From NCBI GenBank assembly GCA_040954595.2, contig CM082597.2, positions 6,783,849-6,847,848 of the forward strand: DNA of 64,000 bases. Reading direction: 5' to 3'. The notes below the pieces were generated by a model. That model worked only from the letters and a program-made list of their open reading frames with translations, did not search any database and had not been told where the DNA came from. Below, one piece after another: positions 51,454 to 64,000 of the stretch (its first letter is position 1; every line of letters begins with the position of its first letter). The position numbers and the translations under genes are program-made. Source of the DNA: Balanoglossus misakiensis. Its lineage: Eukaryota > Animalia > Hemichordata.

Positions 51454-54400
51454 TTACAAAAATGCGTTCATTTCACAAACGAAGCCGATGCGCTGGCGGC
51501 AATTTGTTTCAATCCACGCTCCACCTGCAGACAAATCTATCAGGACACAGTCGTTACGCTCTCTCCATACGGCGTCGGGTAACCAGTTTTCATATGTTGG
51601 TGTGTCGCCGCTGTCCCAGGCAAAAACGCCTTCAGTGTCTCTATCATTGTAGCCTATAAAGCAGAACATTCACCGCTGCTAGATGTCAAAATGACAAAGT
51701 CTCGTTTCCCCATTTTCCACTTATTATGTTTGATACAAGACACTGTTTATGTTATTCTACATGTGGATATATAATATTGAATCACCTTTCGACCATAGAC
51801 AACTTCCATCCCACTTGTAGACACGAGAGTGAAAAACTCGCTAAAATGAATAAACGGTGTTTACCAATTATTCATTTTTGCGAGATTTTTACTCTCATAT
51901 CCTACAAACGGGGTGGAACGTGTGTGTGGTCGAACGTTGATTCACTATATATCCACAAATCATGTAGAATAACATAAAGGGTGTCTTGTATCAATATAAT
52001 TAATGGAAAAAGGGCAGTGAGAGAGAGACTTTGCCCCTTTAAGTAAACATTTGTAAGCCTTAGTAAAACTTCGAGAGTTTACACTCGAGAATAAAGCACA
52101 GTTAACGTATAGTCGCTTGGCGGTTGAGCATCATTGCGGTGATCATTTGGGTCCGTGGCTTATGACGGCCAAGTGAAATCCTTGTATATCTGGAATTGGA
52201 CGAAATCGTTTTTGCCGTGTTTTCATCTTTTGGTATGACATTTAATTCTGAAATTGAGTTTTTGTACTCATTATTCGGAATTGGTGGCGATTTTCGAATT
52301 TGGTTCGGTGGTTGTGATTTCAAATTTCAAAAATTCGATTTTTGAAAATTCAGAAACCACAATCGAGAAAACAGAAACGAACAACGTGAAATTTTAACTG
52401 GATGCGATTTCACTTGGCCGTCATTGGCGACAGACCATTTGTTTGAAAATGGTGTGTCTATACAGCGACCTGAAAAAAACCCCGAAGGATTGGATTAAAT
52501 TTTAAATGGTTACATTTGAAATTCAGGGATATTGGTACACTATACCTCATAAAAGACATATTTCAGTCTGTGTCTAATGTTCAAAAGAGCGTTTTAATTG
52601 CAATTTCATACAAATTGGCTGGTTTTTATCCAATTCTTTTCCATCAATCACGTGATCTGGCCACGTGACCCACGGCGTTGTCATTTCCAGGTGACGGGCA
52701 AACGATATTTCGGCATCCAGTAAAAGTTTTTCCTATACATGTTTTTACTTTAGAACCGCCAGACACGTAACATGTATCAGACATGGTGCCTCATCAGCCT
52801 CATGGAGTTTCGTCTGCACAGTCTTTGTCTGCACCACGTTGTTAAAGTTGCCCGTCATCTGGAAATTTGAATGCCAATGTAGGCCTAACTGCCGCCTGAG
52901 AGCGTCTGACGCCATTTGATATCGAAGAATACTACTCACCAATAAATGCATCGCAGAAGTCGCATGTAGCATTAATCAGGGACATCACGAATTGATTTTT
53001 CGAACTGTTCTCAATTGTTACCAGACTTCCTCCTGCCCTGAAAAATTATTTTTTTTAAAAAAAGGAGTGAGAGCACATAGACAGATTCACTGTATTTTTG
53101 TAAATGAATGAATGAATAAATAAATAAATAAATGAGTGAGTGAGTGGATGGGTGAGTGAGTGAATGAATCCGTTTGCTTTCCAGTGTATTACTTGCACAT
53201 TCTCAATGATAATCCAAAACATCTGACTTTTTTTATTAATATTAAAAAAAGGATAGCCATTTCATCACGTGTTGGGCATTCTTGTTAATAACGTGCTATT
53301 GGATCAAAGACAAGCACTCACGATCTGCATTTCGAACGGCTCACTTCAAAGTTGGATGACTGGTTGTCATATCGGTAACATTTCCCATCATTTCCAGACC
53401 ATCCTAAATTCAAAGAATTTCGAAGAAACCCGGTACATACGTTAACATATCGAAGCATGTTAAATAATTTACCACGACAACACTATAACCACATCTTTCT
53501 TCTTCAGTTGGCCATTGCACATTTTATTTTGCCACTCAGATAATTCAAGCATTTTTTGACACATCGAATTATTGTATATACCGCAAGTCTACTACGACCA
53601 TGAACAAAACAAGCATCAGCATTCGGGCATATGAATAGTCTGGTTGCCTGCCCCATTTCCAGCGCTGGCTGCGCTACGCTGAACGGAAAGGGGTCAGGTA
53701 CGACCCGCCATCTTGTCCAGAAACCTGCCCGCATATTATAATGAATCAAAGACCACGTGATCATAAACAAGATGGATGCCTCCAATGTCCGTACGCCAAT
53801 GAGAGCCATGTTTACAATAGTCTCGGTTACCCAGACGCCTTTGCTTCTTCCGATGCTCTCCAGAAAAGGGTCTGGGGAAATGCTATTGAAAGCTTTGTAA
53901 AACAAAATGGCCGATGTCAGGATTTTGATCATCGCCTGATTGGCTGAGCTGTCAGCATGACCCGGGTCACTGACTCTCGACAATGTGTGATTATTTGTCG
54001 TATCTTCATATCAAGAGACCGGTACTTGTTGGTTGATGCGAAAGGCAAAATGCGTCCTCTGTTAGCATTGTTGGAGAAATTATATGAAATATCTTTGGTA
54101 GACGATTGTCGAAACTATTGCAATGACCCGGGTCATACTGACAGCTCAGCCAATCAGGCGATGATCAAAATCCTGACATCGGCCATTTTGTTTTACAAAG
54201 CTTTCAATAGCATTTCCCCAGACCCTTTTCTGGAGAGCATCGGAAGAGCAAAGGCGTCTGGGTAACCGAGACTATGTTTACAATAGTCTCGGTTACCCAG
54301 ACGCCTTTGCTCTTCCGATGCTATCCAGAAAAGGGTCTGGGGAAATACTAGTCTCGGTTACCCAGAGCCCTCTGCTTCTTCCGTTGGGCACTCCAGAAAG

Positions 54401-57400
54401 AGGGTCTGGGATCACTGCACGTTAAATTTTCCGCGAACCGGAAGCATCTTTTAGTAATCGAGCGATGCACCCTGGATCCAATAACAAATCGCAGGGAATA
54501 GAGGAATGAATCGTGTTGTCGTTGTTTATGATGATAAAAACATTTAAAAAAATTAATGTGTCATTTCCTGCTACCGTAATCGTGGAAAACACGGCCTAGG
54601 TCGCCCGACGTCACTCGTGGAAAACATGACCTAGGTCGGCCAACGTCTACGATCACGTACACACGCACGTACGAGCGACGTCGGGCGACCTAGGCCGTGT
54701 TTTCCACGTTTACGGTAGCAGGAAATGACACATAATTTTTTTAAAATGTTTTTATCATCATAAACAACGACAACACGATTCATTCCTCTATTCCCTGCGA
54801 TTTGTTATTGGATCCAGGGTGCATCGCTCGATTACTAAAAGACGCTTCCGGTTCGCGGAAAATTTAACGTGCAGTGATCCCAGACTCTCTTTCTCGCACA
54901 GCGCCCTCTAGAGACGAGAGAAAGAGTAAGAGAGTCTGGGTAACCGAGACTAGGGAAATACTATTGAAAGCTTTGTAAAACAAAATGGCCGATGTCAGGA
55001 TTTTGATCATCGCCTGATTGGCTGAGCTTTCACTGTGACCCGGGTCACTGCAATAGTTTCGACAATCGTCTACTAAAGATATTTCGTATAATTTCTCCAA
55101 CAATGCTAACAGAGGACGCCTTTTGCCTTTCGCATCAACCAACAAGTACCGGTCTCTTGATATGAAGATACGACAAATAATCACACATTGTCGAGAATCA
55201 GTGACCCGGGTCATACTGACAGCTCAGCCAATCAGGCGATGATCAAAATCCTGACATCGGCCATTTTGTTTTACAAAGCTTTCAATAGTATTTCCCCAGA
55301 CCCTTTTCTGGAGAGCATCGGAAGAAGCAAAGGCGTCTGGGTAACCGAGACTATGTTTACAATAGCTTGTGCCCGACCCTTTAGCGTAGCGCAGCCAGCG
55401 GTGGGAATGGGACAGGGGACCAGACTAGCATATGAACTGCAATTATATGCAACAATCACCATCCCTCGTTTCTCCACGTCTTCTTTTTATGATGCTGTAA
55501 TAGCGTTTTAAATGCTTGTTTGACCTTCCTCAAAACGTCTTAAAATGACGTACTGTGAGTTTTATAATTGCAATAAAAAGACGCATCTAAAGAGTTAGTT
55601 GATAGACTTCACCGCTTGTCCCATTAAGCAAGTCAACTGAAAACATTACTTTTAAATATGGCATTATTATCTTATATCCCGACACATTGAAGGAAACTTA
55701 AAATAGCAAAGTTGAGCAACAGCTATACTAAAAAAAGAACTAACCATGAACACATCCGGTGTCGTTGTCGATGTCTTCAGATAGTAAATATTGTCAGAAA
55801 GAGGAAAGAAGAAAGACAAAAATGTAGGCATGCGCACCAACGAACAGTGTTTGATTGTCACTTCATTCCTCCAGTGCAGCATAACTGTTGGAATGTATTC
55901 ACTTGTTTTCAGGAAGATATTCAATAATAAACGACTTGTAAAGAGATTTCAATCATTGTCGCAGTGCACCACAATGAAAATGAAGTCAACGAGCAGAATT
56001 TCCGGGCATAAGGGTAACCGAGACATTCGAAATGATAGTGTGTGTTCAATTACTACCCGTGGTCACGTGACCTGAATGAATCCTGGCATTAAACTTGAGA
56101 GCAGGCAATGGCCGGTTCACATGTGTAGGCATAATTAGTGCATTCAAGCTGAGCACACCGATACCAATTTTACCACATCCCCTGTTTGCTTGGAGTGTGG
56201 GCTCTTGAAGCACACGAGGCATCAGAGCTATTTGCACTTAAAACTTGGTCCAGAGCGCCAACTTATTCTTCGCTATCAAATGACGTCAGACGCGCTCAGG
56301 CGGCAGTTACGTTGGCATTCAAATTTCCAGATGACGGGCAACTTCAGCAACGTGGACTTACGTGGTGCAGACAAAGACTGTGCAGACGAAATGCAATGAG
56401 GCTGATGAGGCAGCATACCTGATACATGTTACGTGTCTGGCGGTTCTAAAGTAAAAACAATACTCGGAAAAACTTTTACTGGATGCCGAAATATTGCTTG
56501 CCCGTCGTCTGGAAATGACAACGCCGTGTGACACATGGCCAGATCACGTGATTGATAGTAAAGAATAGAAGGAAACGGCACGAGGAAGAGACGGAGAGGC
56601 GCGTTAATCGAATATTCATGAAAACATCAAGAATGCAAACCTGTGACGCTGCGTGAGTGTTAAAGGTATACGGTCACCTATGGAAAATTAGCTACAGATA
56701 CCATGGCAAACTTGAGATCTAGCCAATCACAGATTTTCAGTGGGTGGCACACGCGAAAAAACGAGCGCCACCATATGCTCTTTAGAACGCTCAAATACGC
56801 CATTTCAGCCATATATGGGCGTATGTAAATTGGAGGTGACTGTATACCTTTAATTGTTCAATACAATCTCAATATAACCGTTCGTTGAAAAAGTGAACAA
56901 CAATGTGTCACAGGGGAGTAGATAACACGGCTTGACATGTGTATACGAAGAGAATTACTACAGCAATCGTACCTTCTTGACAAATAAAGTATTCTTTCCT
57001 TGTGCAGATATCAGTCTTCCACAGATAATTCAATTCACGAGTCATTTCTATAGGGTACGAAACACAAGCAACGCTTTTATATTGTTTACAGGTGCATGAT
57101 CAAGCCAACCTTCCGTTGACAAATTGACAAATTGAAATGCATCGCGTAAGTAATTAAACGTGAGAAATGTTTCGCACACACATACATACATACATACATA
57201 CATACATACATACATACATACATACATACATACATACATACATACATACATACATACATACATACATACATACATACATACATACATACATACATACATA
57301 CATACATACATACATACATACATACATACATACATACATACATACATACATACATACATACATACATACATACATACATACATACATACATACATACATA

Positions 57401-57474
57401 CATACATACATACATACATACATACATACATACATACATACATACATACATACATACATACATACATACATACA

Positions 57475-57506
<32 letters not shown>

Positions 57507-60500
57507 CATACATACATATAACTTACTGACACAGTCTGGTGTTAATTGTTCTTCTTTTGTAAACAAATCGAATTCACTTATAGAAGAGTTGTCCATAAAA
57601 ACGAAATCGTCTACATTTTCGTCATAGTGCAATCCGAACCACCAGTCATTGCTACCTTCAACCATTACACACTGTCGACGTATAAACCACTACAAAAGGC
57701 ACATTGTAAAAAATCAGATGCGTATAAAAATTGTCTGTTATAAGAAAAAAATGCATTCTCGGTACTTCAACAGCGAAATTTGTTACTATTGATTTAAATC
57801 AGTTTCAGTATGTACGAGTGATGGCTGTGGATTGATATACAACCCTTTCGACCAACTAGAACCCATACGGATAAACTAAAAATAACAGTTTGTTTAAGTT
57901 TTCTTCTGTCGTTAGGAATAGTTATGCCACGAAATACCACTATCGGTTAACCTGTCCCAAGGTGCGACTGTGAGAACCCAGTCACATCCGCCCTTCAAAG
58001 TGATTTCACCTCCTGCCCAGAAAGTATCTCTACATCATCTCAGAATAATTACAGTGTATATACAGCTCACACTGAAGCCTGGACTTTGTAGTTGGCACTG
58101 TTGTAATTGGTCAGCATGGCCGCTTAGAGCCGCCAAATTAGAATACTTAAAGGGACAATGTCTGTCTCTCTCGGTGCCCCTTTTTCATTAGTTATGTTTG
58201 ATACAAGACACCGTTAAGGCCAGAGAGAATAAAAATCTTGTTCATCGGATTTTTTGGACCTAGTTCCAGGAGCGGCGAGCGAATTTTTTTTTAAATTTTT
58301 TAGGCTGAAGGTAAATGCGGTTCTCTGGCATATTTGCTCAGATGCAGATAAGACGAGATAATTGTTTCCCTTTTTTACCAGAAATATCTCAGACAAAAAC
58401 ACTGATACATGTACTTGTAACTGAATTCAATATTATATTTCCCAACAATAACGTAGACTATTACATTTACAGTTGGTGTTTGCACAACTGGCCACCAGCG
58501 GCAGTACTAAGAATTGTGTAACCGTACGCGGAAGTAGAATTTGCCGAGATCCAAAAAATTCCAAATCAGCCAAAGTAGAAGCGGCGATTCCGATGAACAA
58601 TTTATTTTTTCTTCCTGGCCTAATGTTATTCTACATGTGGATATATAGTGAATCAATGTTCGACCACACACAAGTTCCACCCCGTTTGTAGGATATGAGA
58701 GTAAAAATCTCGCCAAAATGAATAATTGGTGTTTACCATTTATTCATTTGGGCGTGATTTTTACTCTCATATCCTACAAACGGGGAATCAAACAAAATTG
58801 ATGGAAAAATTGCAGCGAAAAAGAGACTTTGTCCCTTTAATAACATTAGGGCCTACGGGGAACTTGCCTGGGTACGCCTTGAAGCTATTGTCGCCAGTCT
58901 GGCACCAAAACTTGCACACATATAGTTCGCCATTGTCCATACCTGTTTCTGCGCTATCAGGAAATAGCAGACCCCGTTTAACTCTGTTCCAGCGTCGCTA
59001 ATCCCACAAGACTTTTCTGTTTCGCCTGCAACGTAAGACAAGTTGGAGACTATTTACTCTATATCAATTAGCAAACACTTTTCATAACGTCGTAATCTGT
59101 TTAAAGGAAATGTTCGGATCCGCCTAAAAACCCACATTGCATTGGTACCTAGTTAATTGTTGTCCTCATTTCTGAGCCAACATTTTGAAGTGCATTTGAA
59201 GTGCATTTCTTTATTTCACAGATATCGCCACTGAAAACCAGCCAGTTGTGAACAGGCCAAGCCCAGTTGTCTTTTAAAGGGACAAAGTCTATTTCTTGCT
59301 GCCCTTTTTTCCATTAATTATGTTTGAAACGAGACACCGTTTATATTAATGTACATGTGGATATATAGTGAATCAACGTTAGACCACACATAACTTCCAT
59401 CCCACTTGTAGACACAAGAGTGAAAAAACTCGCCAAAATGAATAATTGGTGTTTACCATTTATTCATTTGGGCGAGATTTTTACTGTCATATCCTACAAA
59501 CGGGATGGAAGTTGTGTGTGGTCGAATTTTGATTCACTATACATTGTATATCCACACGTAGAATAACATAAACGGTGTCTTGTATCAAACATAATTAATG
59601 GGAAAAGGGCAGCAAGAGAGAGACTTTGTCCCTTTAACTACATGCCTTTGATAGGGCCACTGGCGAGGCTTCAAAAGCGGGTGCGACCTCCTCTCACAAT
59701 ACTGGCATCACAATATACCATCAGAATAGAAATAGGTTTCCTTCACATACCTTCAATTGCGATCTGTTTGGAGCATACACGGTTCGCTTCCCTCTTGCAA
59801 CTTTTGACGTTCATTTTTAAGAAGTACATCGCACTCAAATCTAAAATTACAGGAATAAATTGTGCCTGATCAAGGCAGTGCAGTCATGTCTCCTAGAGGA
59901 ACTTGAATAGAAATGTGCACTTCTGAAGCAATCAGTCTTTCCACTTGGCATCTTTTTAAAACACTTCACGCCAATTCGCCGTGTAGCCAACACTCAAAAT
60001 GTGAATGAAACATGTTTATCTGACACATGCATACACCTACAACTTTGCACAATGGCGGGAGAGACTTTGACCAATATTTTTAATCAAAACCACTGGGCAA
60101 CGTCTATAGTCTGATACACAAACACACTTGGGTCGGTTCTGTTTGTTACAAATTGTTTGTACTGAATAATAAAACTAAAGTTGTAACTAAGGAGTTGCAC
60201 TGGACAATGGTCGAATTTTCTTAAGGTGTCCTTTCGGAATCGTTTGTCCCCAAATCGTCCAGACCGTCACTGATTATCAGAATATCAAATGGCCCACCCC
60301 TTTGTGGTTGCATTGAAGTCTGTTTGCATAATTACATATAGTTGCAGCCGTAACATTATGCCTTGAATAAGTTGGGGATTATGTTTACTTCATTTGCATT
60401 AGTTTGTAATACAACTCACCTACACAACGCTTTCCCATGCCATCTAGGTGGCCGGTCCAAAACATATCAGCAGAATAATCTAGCGCAGTGTTGTCTACGT

Positions 60501-63054
60501 CTGTATAGTGAAATTCTCTGTAATTTTCTCGGTCTGTCGCACCAACCCAGTAGGTACTCTCTGACATGCCGTACATTTCAAATATGTAGTAGACGACCAT
60601 TTCCTTAATACACAAAATAGTGTCAGTGAAACTGTGCCTCCATGTGATCAGAATTGATACCGGAAAAACTGACATACATCACGATACATATCAGTCATAT
60701 GTGGACGCGCGCTTATCGATAACACATGAATTTTATCAAATGTTGAGCTTTTCCTTAAAATGACGCGAATTTCTCCTGAAATATAAACCAGCTCATATAC
60801 ATATATACCAGTTCATTCATTCATTCATTCATTCATTCATTCATTCATTCATTCATTCATTCATTCATTCATTCATTCATTCATTCATTCATTCATTCAT
60901 TCAAATTACATACATACATACATACATACATGCATACATACATACATACATACATACATACATACATACATACATACATACATACATACATACATACATA
61001 CATACATACATACATACATACGCACGCACGCAGACAGACACTGCAGAAAGACACACAGACACACAGAGACAGACAGAGGGCACATGACGAACACACCCAT
61101 GCGTAGTGCTGTTATGTGACAACTGTCTGTCTGAGGCAAGGTGTCCATTAGAATGGTATCAAAATGCGAGTCCCGTTGCTAGTGCACTTACAAGTGTCGG
61201 TTTGTCGCCTATCACTGCCAGCTGCCCTCCTCGTAAAACACAGTCCCGTTCACTATCCATCCAAGACAAGACGCTGTCATTAGACATCCAGAAGCATTGG
61301 TTTTCGTACTGAGCACCAGGCTCGCCGGCAAAAGTACAATTCCCATACTTTGGATAGGCTGAAATTAAAATAGTTCTGCATCATTCGCAAAAGATCAGAA
61401 ATTGTTGTATTTAGCGGGTGGTCTCTTTCTCCGAGCTGGACGTGTCGGCGAATTTGCATTAATATGTGTGTAAAAAAACAGTCACCCATGGAATATTTTT
61501 TAAAGAAATACCTTTCATTAACATTTCTGTTTGATATGCAACGCATATTCAAGTTCGATCGGAAAATAATCAGCTTAAGATTGTCCGAAAGTTACAATTA
61601 CTAACAGTCTGGTCCCTTGACTTGTAAAGTGGCCTTCGTGCAGAATCTATGATAAAACATTGCGCCACTTACGTAATCCTGTGTAATACACAGCCTCCCC
61701 TTGGGGTCCGCCACACACTAGGTACTTGTTTCCAACACAGGGGGTATTACAAGACGACTCATCTAGAACATTATGCTTGTCGTACGAAAATTTGCAATAA
61801 CATTTCATCTTGCCTATTTCCCAGGCAAACAGAGTTGCAAACACAGTCCCATATTCATGACATGTTTTGACGCATACCGCTGGAGTCATGTGATCGGTGC
61901 TTAATCTCTGCCATCCTCCTCTGTCAAACTTGGAATACTTTTTATAGAAACATCCAATATACTTGCTCTCCGCTAAACTATCTGTCAGGAGAAAAGAGGA
62001 TAAATGTGTCATCTACATTACTTACAAGTTACACATCACCAGTTACACCTCCTCACCATATGCATAGGATGCAGATGATTTCTGGCTGCCTTAAATAGGT
62101 TTTCACTTTGGGCTAGGGGGTCAAATCACATTATAATAATTGCATTCTGGGTAAAAAGTCAAATATTACAAATCACAACGCTGTGAATAGGATGCGGATG
62201 AAGGTATTCGTGATTAAAGAAACGAATTGAAGTCGAGCATTTACACCCATGTAACAATTAGTCTAGTCAATCTACGAGATTTGGGCACCTAACCCACCAC
62301 AAATAGCAACATATTTTTTTCTTAAAATGCATTTTGGAGGTGTCTAGAACAACATATTAAAAATGCACCCGAATCCGCCTTGTGGAAATATGTCTAATTT
62401 GCATAAATCCAATATTGGAGATTTTTTGGCCATATATTAAGAAATAAACATGCTTTTTCGTGATTTTAAAGTTCAAAACTATTTCATGTGCATGAAGAAA
62501 GATTTTGAAATAATATTTGACATGGACACTTTTCATAATTTGCATAATTTCAATATGGCGGACAGTTTTCCTAGAAAAAAACATATTTGGGCAGTATATT
62601 GGTTACTAAGCAAGCTGTTTTAGTGTTTTTAATTCAATATTACGTCTATGACATTTGGAACAATTTTGAAAATATATATGGCATAGATTGAAAGGGGGGG
62701 GGAACCAGACTAGTATGCATGTGCGTATTGAGAAATGATATAGCTTCTATCACGGTGTGGAGTGACCGTGCTTCTATATACCTGCCGTACACAGTTCACC
62801 CGCCTTGCCGATTCCACAGTATTCAATTCCAGCAGCATTCCCGGTGTAGCACCATGTCATGTTGTCGTTGTTCGGGTTTCGACAATAGTTGTGATCTCCC
62901 AATCCTCCGCGCGGGTAGTTTGTCGGGGTCGTGTTGTGTTGGTTTGGCGTCTGTTCCAGCCAGTTCTGGCATTCGTGCCCGTGTACGGTCACGTTCACAA
63001 CGCCACGGTAGTCATTGCCGCGTGCTTCGAAGTAACATTCACTGTACCATTTAC
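51454..63054 (-). CDS. Kringle + WSC + three C-type lectin domain protein (5' end unresolved, probably secreted)
   Basis: Exons (minus): 63054-62782 kringle (CYFEARGNDYRG..ECQNW..HNYCRNPNNDNMTWCY); 61981-61673 WSC (YIGCF..MTPAVCVKTC..CYC..CNTPCVGN..CGG); CTLD1 61358-61192, 60603-60420, 59840-59751; CTLD2 59025-58868, 57689-57527, 57047-56973; possible 24-nt exon ~55635-55612; CTLD3 53403-53322, 53037-52940, 51653-51454 (stop). Phases consistent; no TM segment. Confidence 0.85.
51686..52042. mobile_element. K1 foldback MITE (degenerate left end)
   Basis: Family copy with right TIR and TTAA. Confidence 0.85.
52633..52930. repeat. Interspersed repeat; inverted copy at 56264-56567, fragment at 36848-36990
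   Basis: ATCAATCACGTGATCTGGCCA...CCTGAGAGCGTCTGACG is present in opposite orientations. Confidence 0.8.
53636..55427. mobile_element. Nested cluster of four TAG...CTA MITEs, each with a 9-bp TSD (Academ-like)
   Basis: Outer 53636-55427 (TSD GCATATGAA); inner 53818-54274 and 54284-55353 (TSD TGTTTACAA, present three times); innermost 54349-54952 (TSD GGGAAATAC). Confidence 0.92.
56660..56853. mobile_element. K2 MITE copy 3
   Basis: TTAA TSD plus TIR. Confidence 0.9.
57180..57518. repeat. (TACA)n microsatellite, ~80 units
   Basis: Near-pure tetranucleotide run starting just after a splice donor. Confidence 0.98.
58147..58840. mobile_element. K1 MITE interrupted by a PIF/Harbinger-like MITE (58218-58620, TAA TSD)
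   Basis: K1 left part ...ACACCGT-TAA, then GGCCAG...CTGGCC, then TAA-TGTTATTCTAC where K1 resumes. Confidence 0.88.
59274..59637. mobile_element. K1 foldback MITE
   Basis: TTAA-flanked family copy. Confidence 0.9.
60812..61021. repeat. (TTCA)n followed by (TACA)n microsatellites
   Basis: Direct tetranucleotide runs. Confidence 0.97.
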
Positions 63055-63179
63055 CTGACATATAAACAGAGACATTTTCCTTTATCTGTGTTGGCAATGT
63101 GCAGTCACGTGGGTTGCGTCAATTTGGCGTATGCTACAAACAAAGAGGAGTTAAATATCATGCAGTCAACAGATTGCCT

Positions 63180-63370
63180 GGTCTGGTCCCCTGCCCCATT
63201 CCCACCGCTGGCTGCGCTACGCTGAAGGGAAAGGGTCAGGCACGGACTTTAGTAAACACGGCTCTCATTGGCGTACGGACATTGGAGGCATCCATCTTGT
63301 TTATGATCACGTGGTCTTTGTTTCATTATAATTTGCTGGCCAGGTTTTTTGGCCAAGATAGCGGCCCGTT
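63180..63370. mobile_element. Truncated copy of the 13656-13909 MITE family
   Basis: GTCTGGTCCCCTGCCCCATTCCCACCGCTGGCTGCGCTACGCT...; second TIR absent. Confidence 0.75.
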
Positions 63371-64000
63371 GTGGGCGACAATCAATATTCCGCCATGTTT
63401 GTTGATGATCAAACACTGAATAATAATATAAAATTGTGATAACGGTTGTTGTTTATGTTTGCTCACTGCTATAAGTCCTAATATTACCCTACAGACTCTC
63501 CCATGGTCACGTGGTTGAATTTGCCACCAGTTACAGCAACGACTACTCGGCGAAGGAGGTGGTTTCTCGTCAACAACGACCTTCGTCAAGGTCACGTAAA
63601 CACATCCCACATCCTAGCCATTAGACTTGCTCCAAGTCTATAGGCTTCATTATGTGTAGGGAACGCGTAGGCCCATACGCTACCCGAAACCACAAGCTCA
63701 GTCCCAAATTCGAAACTCACCTCACTACCAAAAACACGCTCAAGGCAAGCATGCACGCAAAACAAGTATTGAAATTATTTATTAAGACAAAAAAACATCG
63801 AAAACACAACAAGTATTGAGATTTAAAAATCACCAAGCGATTAGTGGGCTAGTCTACCTAGCCATCTGTACCATCTCAGAAGACTGTATAACGAGGTTAT
63901 TATTTAAATCAGGATTTAAAGTACATCCCATAGAACAGCTAAAAAAATGCAAACAGGAATACGGCATTGACAGAAAAAAAGCGGGTACGGTTTTTTTCTG

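Noticed and set aside
53504-55511. Repeated ORFs (SANQAMIKILTSAILFYKAF) as a small gene family or transposase
   Set aside because: They are readings of MITE inverted repeats with no transposase motifs.
57048-57627. YVCM/HTYI repeat ORFs (similar ones at 18948-19313 and 60893-61148)
   Set aside because: Tetranucleotide microsatellites. Only the exon portion 57689-57527 is coding.
61673-63054. Kremen ortholog
   Set aside because: Kringle-WSC is followed by C-type lectin domains, not CUB plus TM.
63326-63610. Signal-peptide exon of the lectin gene
   Set aside because: The candidate donor (GCA|GTGAGC) is phase 0 while the kringle exon needs phase 1, and the leader is unconvincing. Left unresolved.

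Overview
This is eukaryotic, intron-rich and AT-rich animal DNA. Gene content and repeat types suggest a marine invertebrate deuterostome such as a hemichordate (inference). By hand-splicing exons I reconstructed five protein-coding genes with consistent intron phases. (1) A + strand 276-aa protein without a signal peptide, with a PPPY/Pro-rich N-terminus and an FGF-like beta-trefoil that keeps the classic FGF intron positions. (2) BBX, an HMG-box transcription factor (- strand, 574 aa). (3) A - strand 1011-aa mosaic protein: GT-B/GT4-like glycosyltransferase fold lacking the E-x7-E motif, then TRADD-N-like domain, coiled coil and NHL propeller, with every intron in phase 1. This is the best candidate for an undescribed innate-immune-type system. 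(4) A + strand Shisa-like membrane protein with two tandem Cys-rich domains. (5) A 5'-incomplete - strand kringle-WSC-3x C-type lectin gene with a GC-AG intron. Non-coding DNA is dense with non-autonomous transposons (Kolobok-, piggyBac-, Harbinger-, Academ-, Crypton- and Helentron-like), one SINE, a satellite and microsatellites. Two nested insertion stacks can be resolved at about 38.2-44.5 kb and 53.6-55.4 kb. Family assignments come from motif recognition only; no database searches were run.
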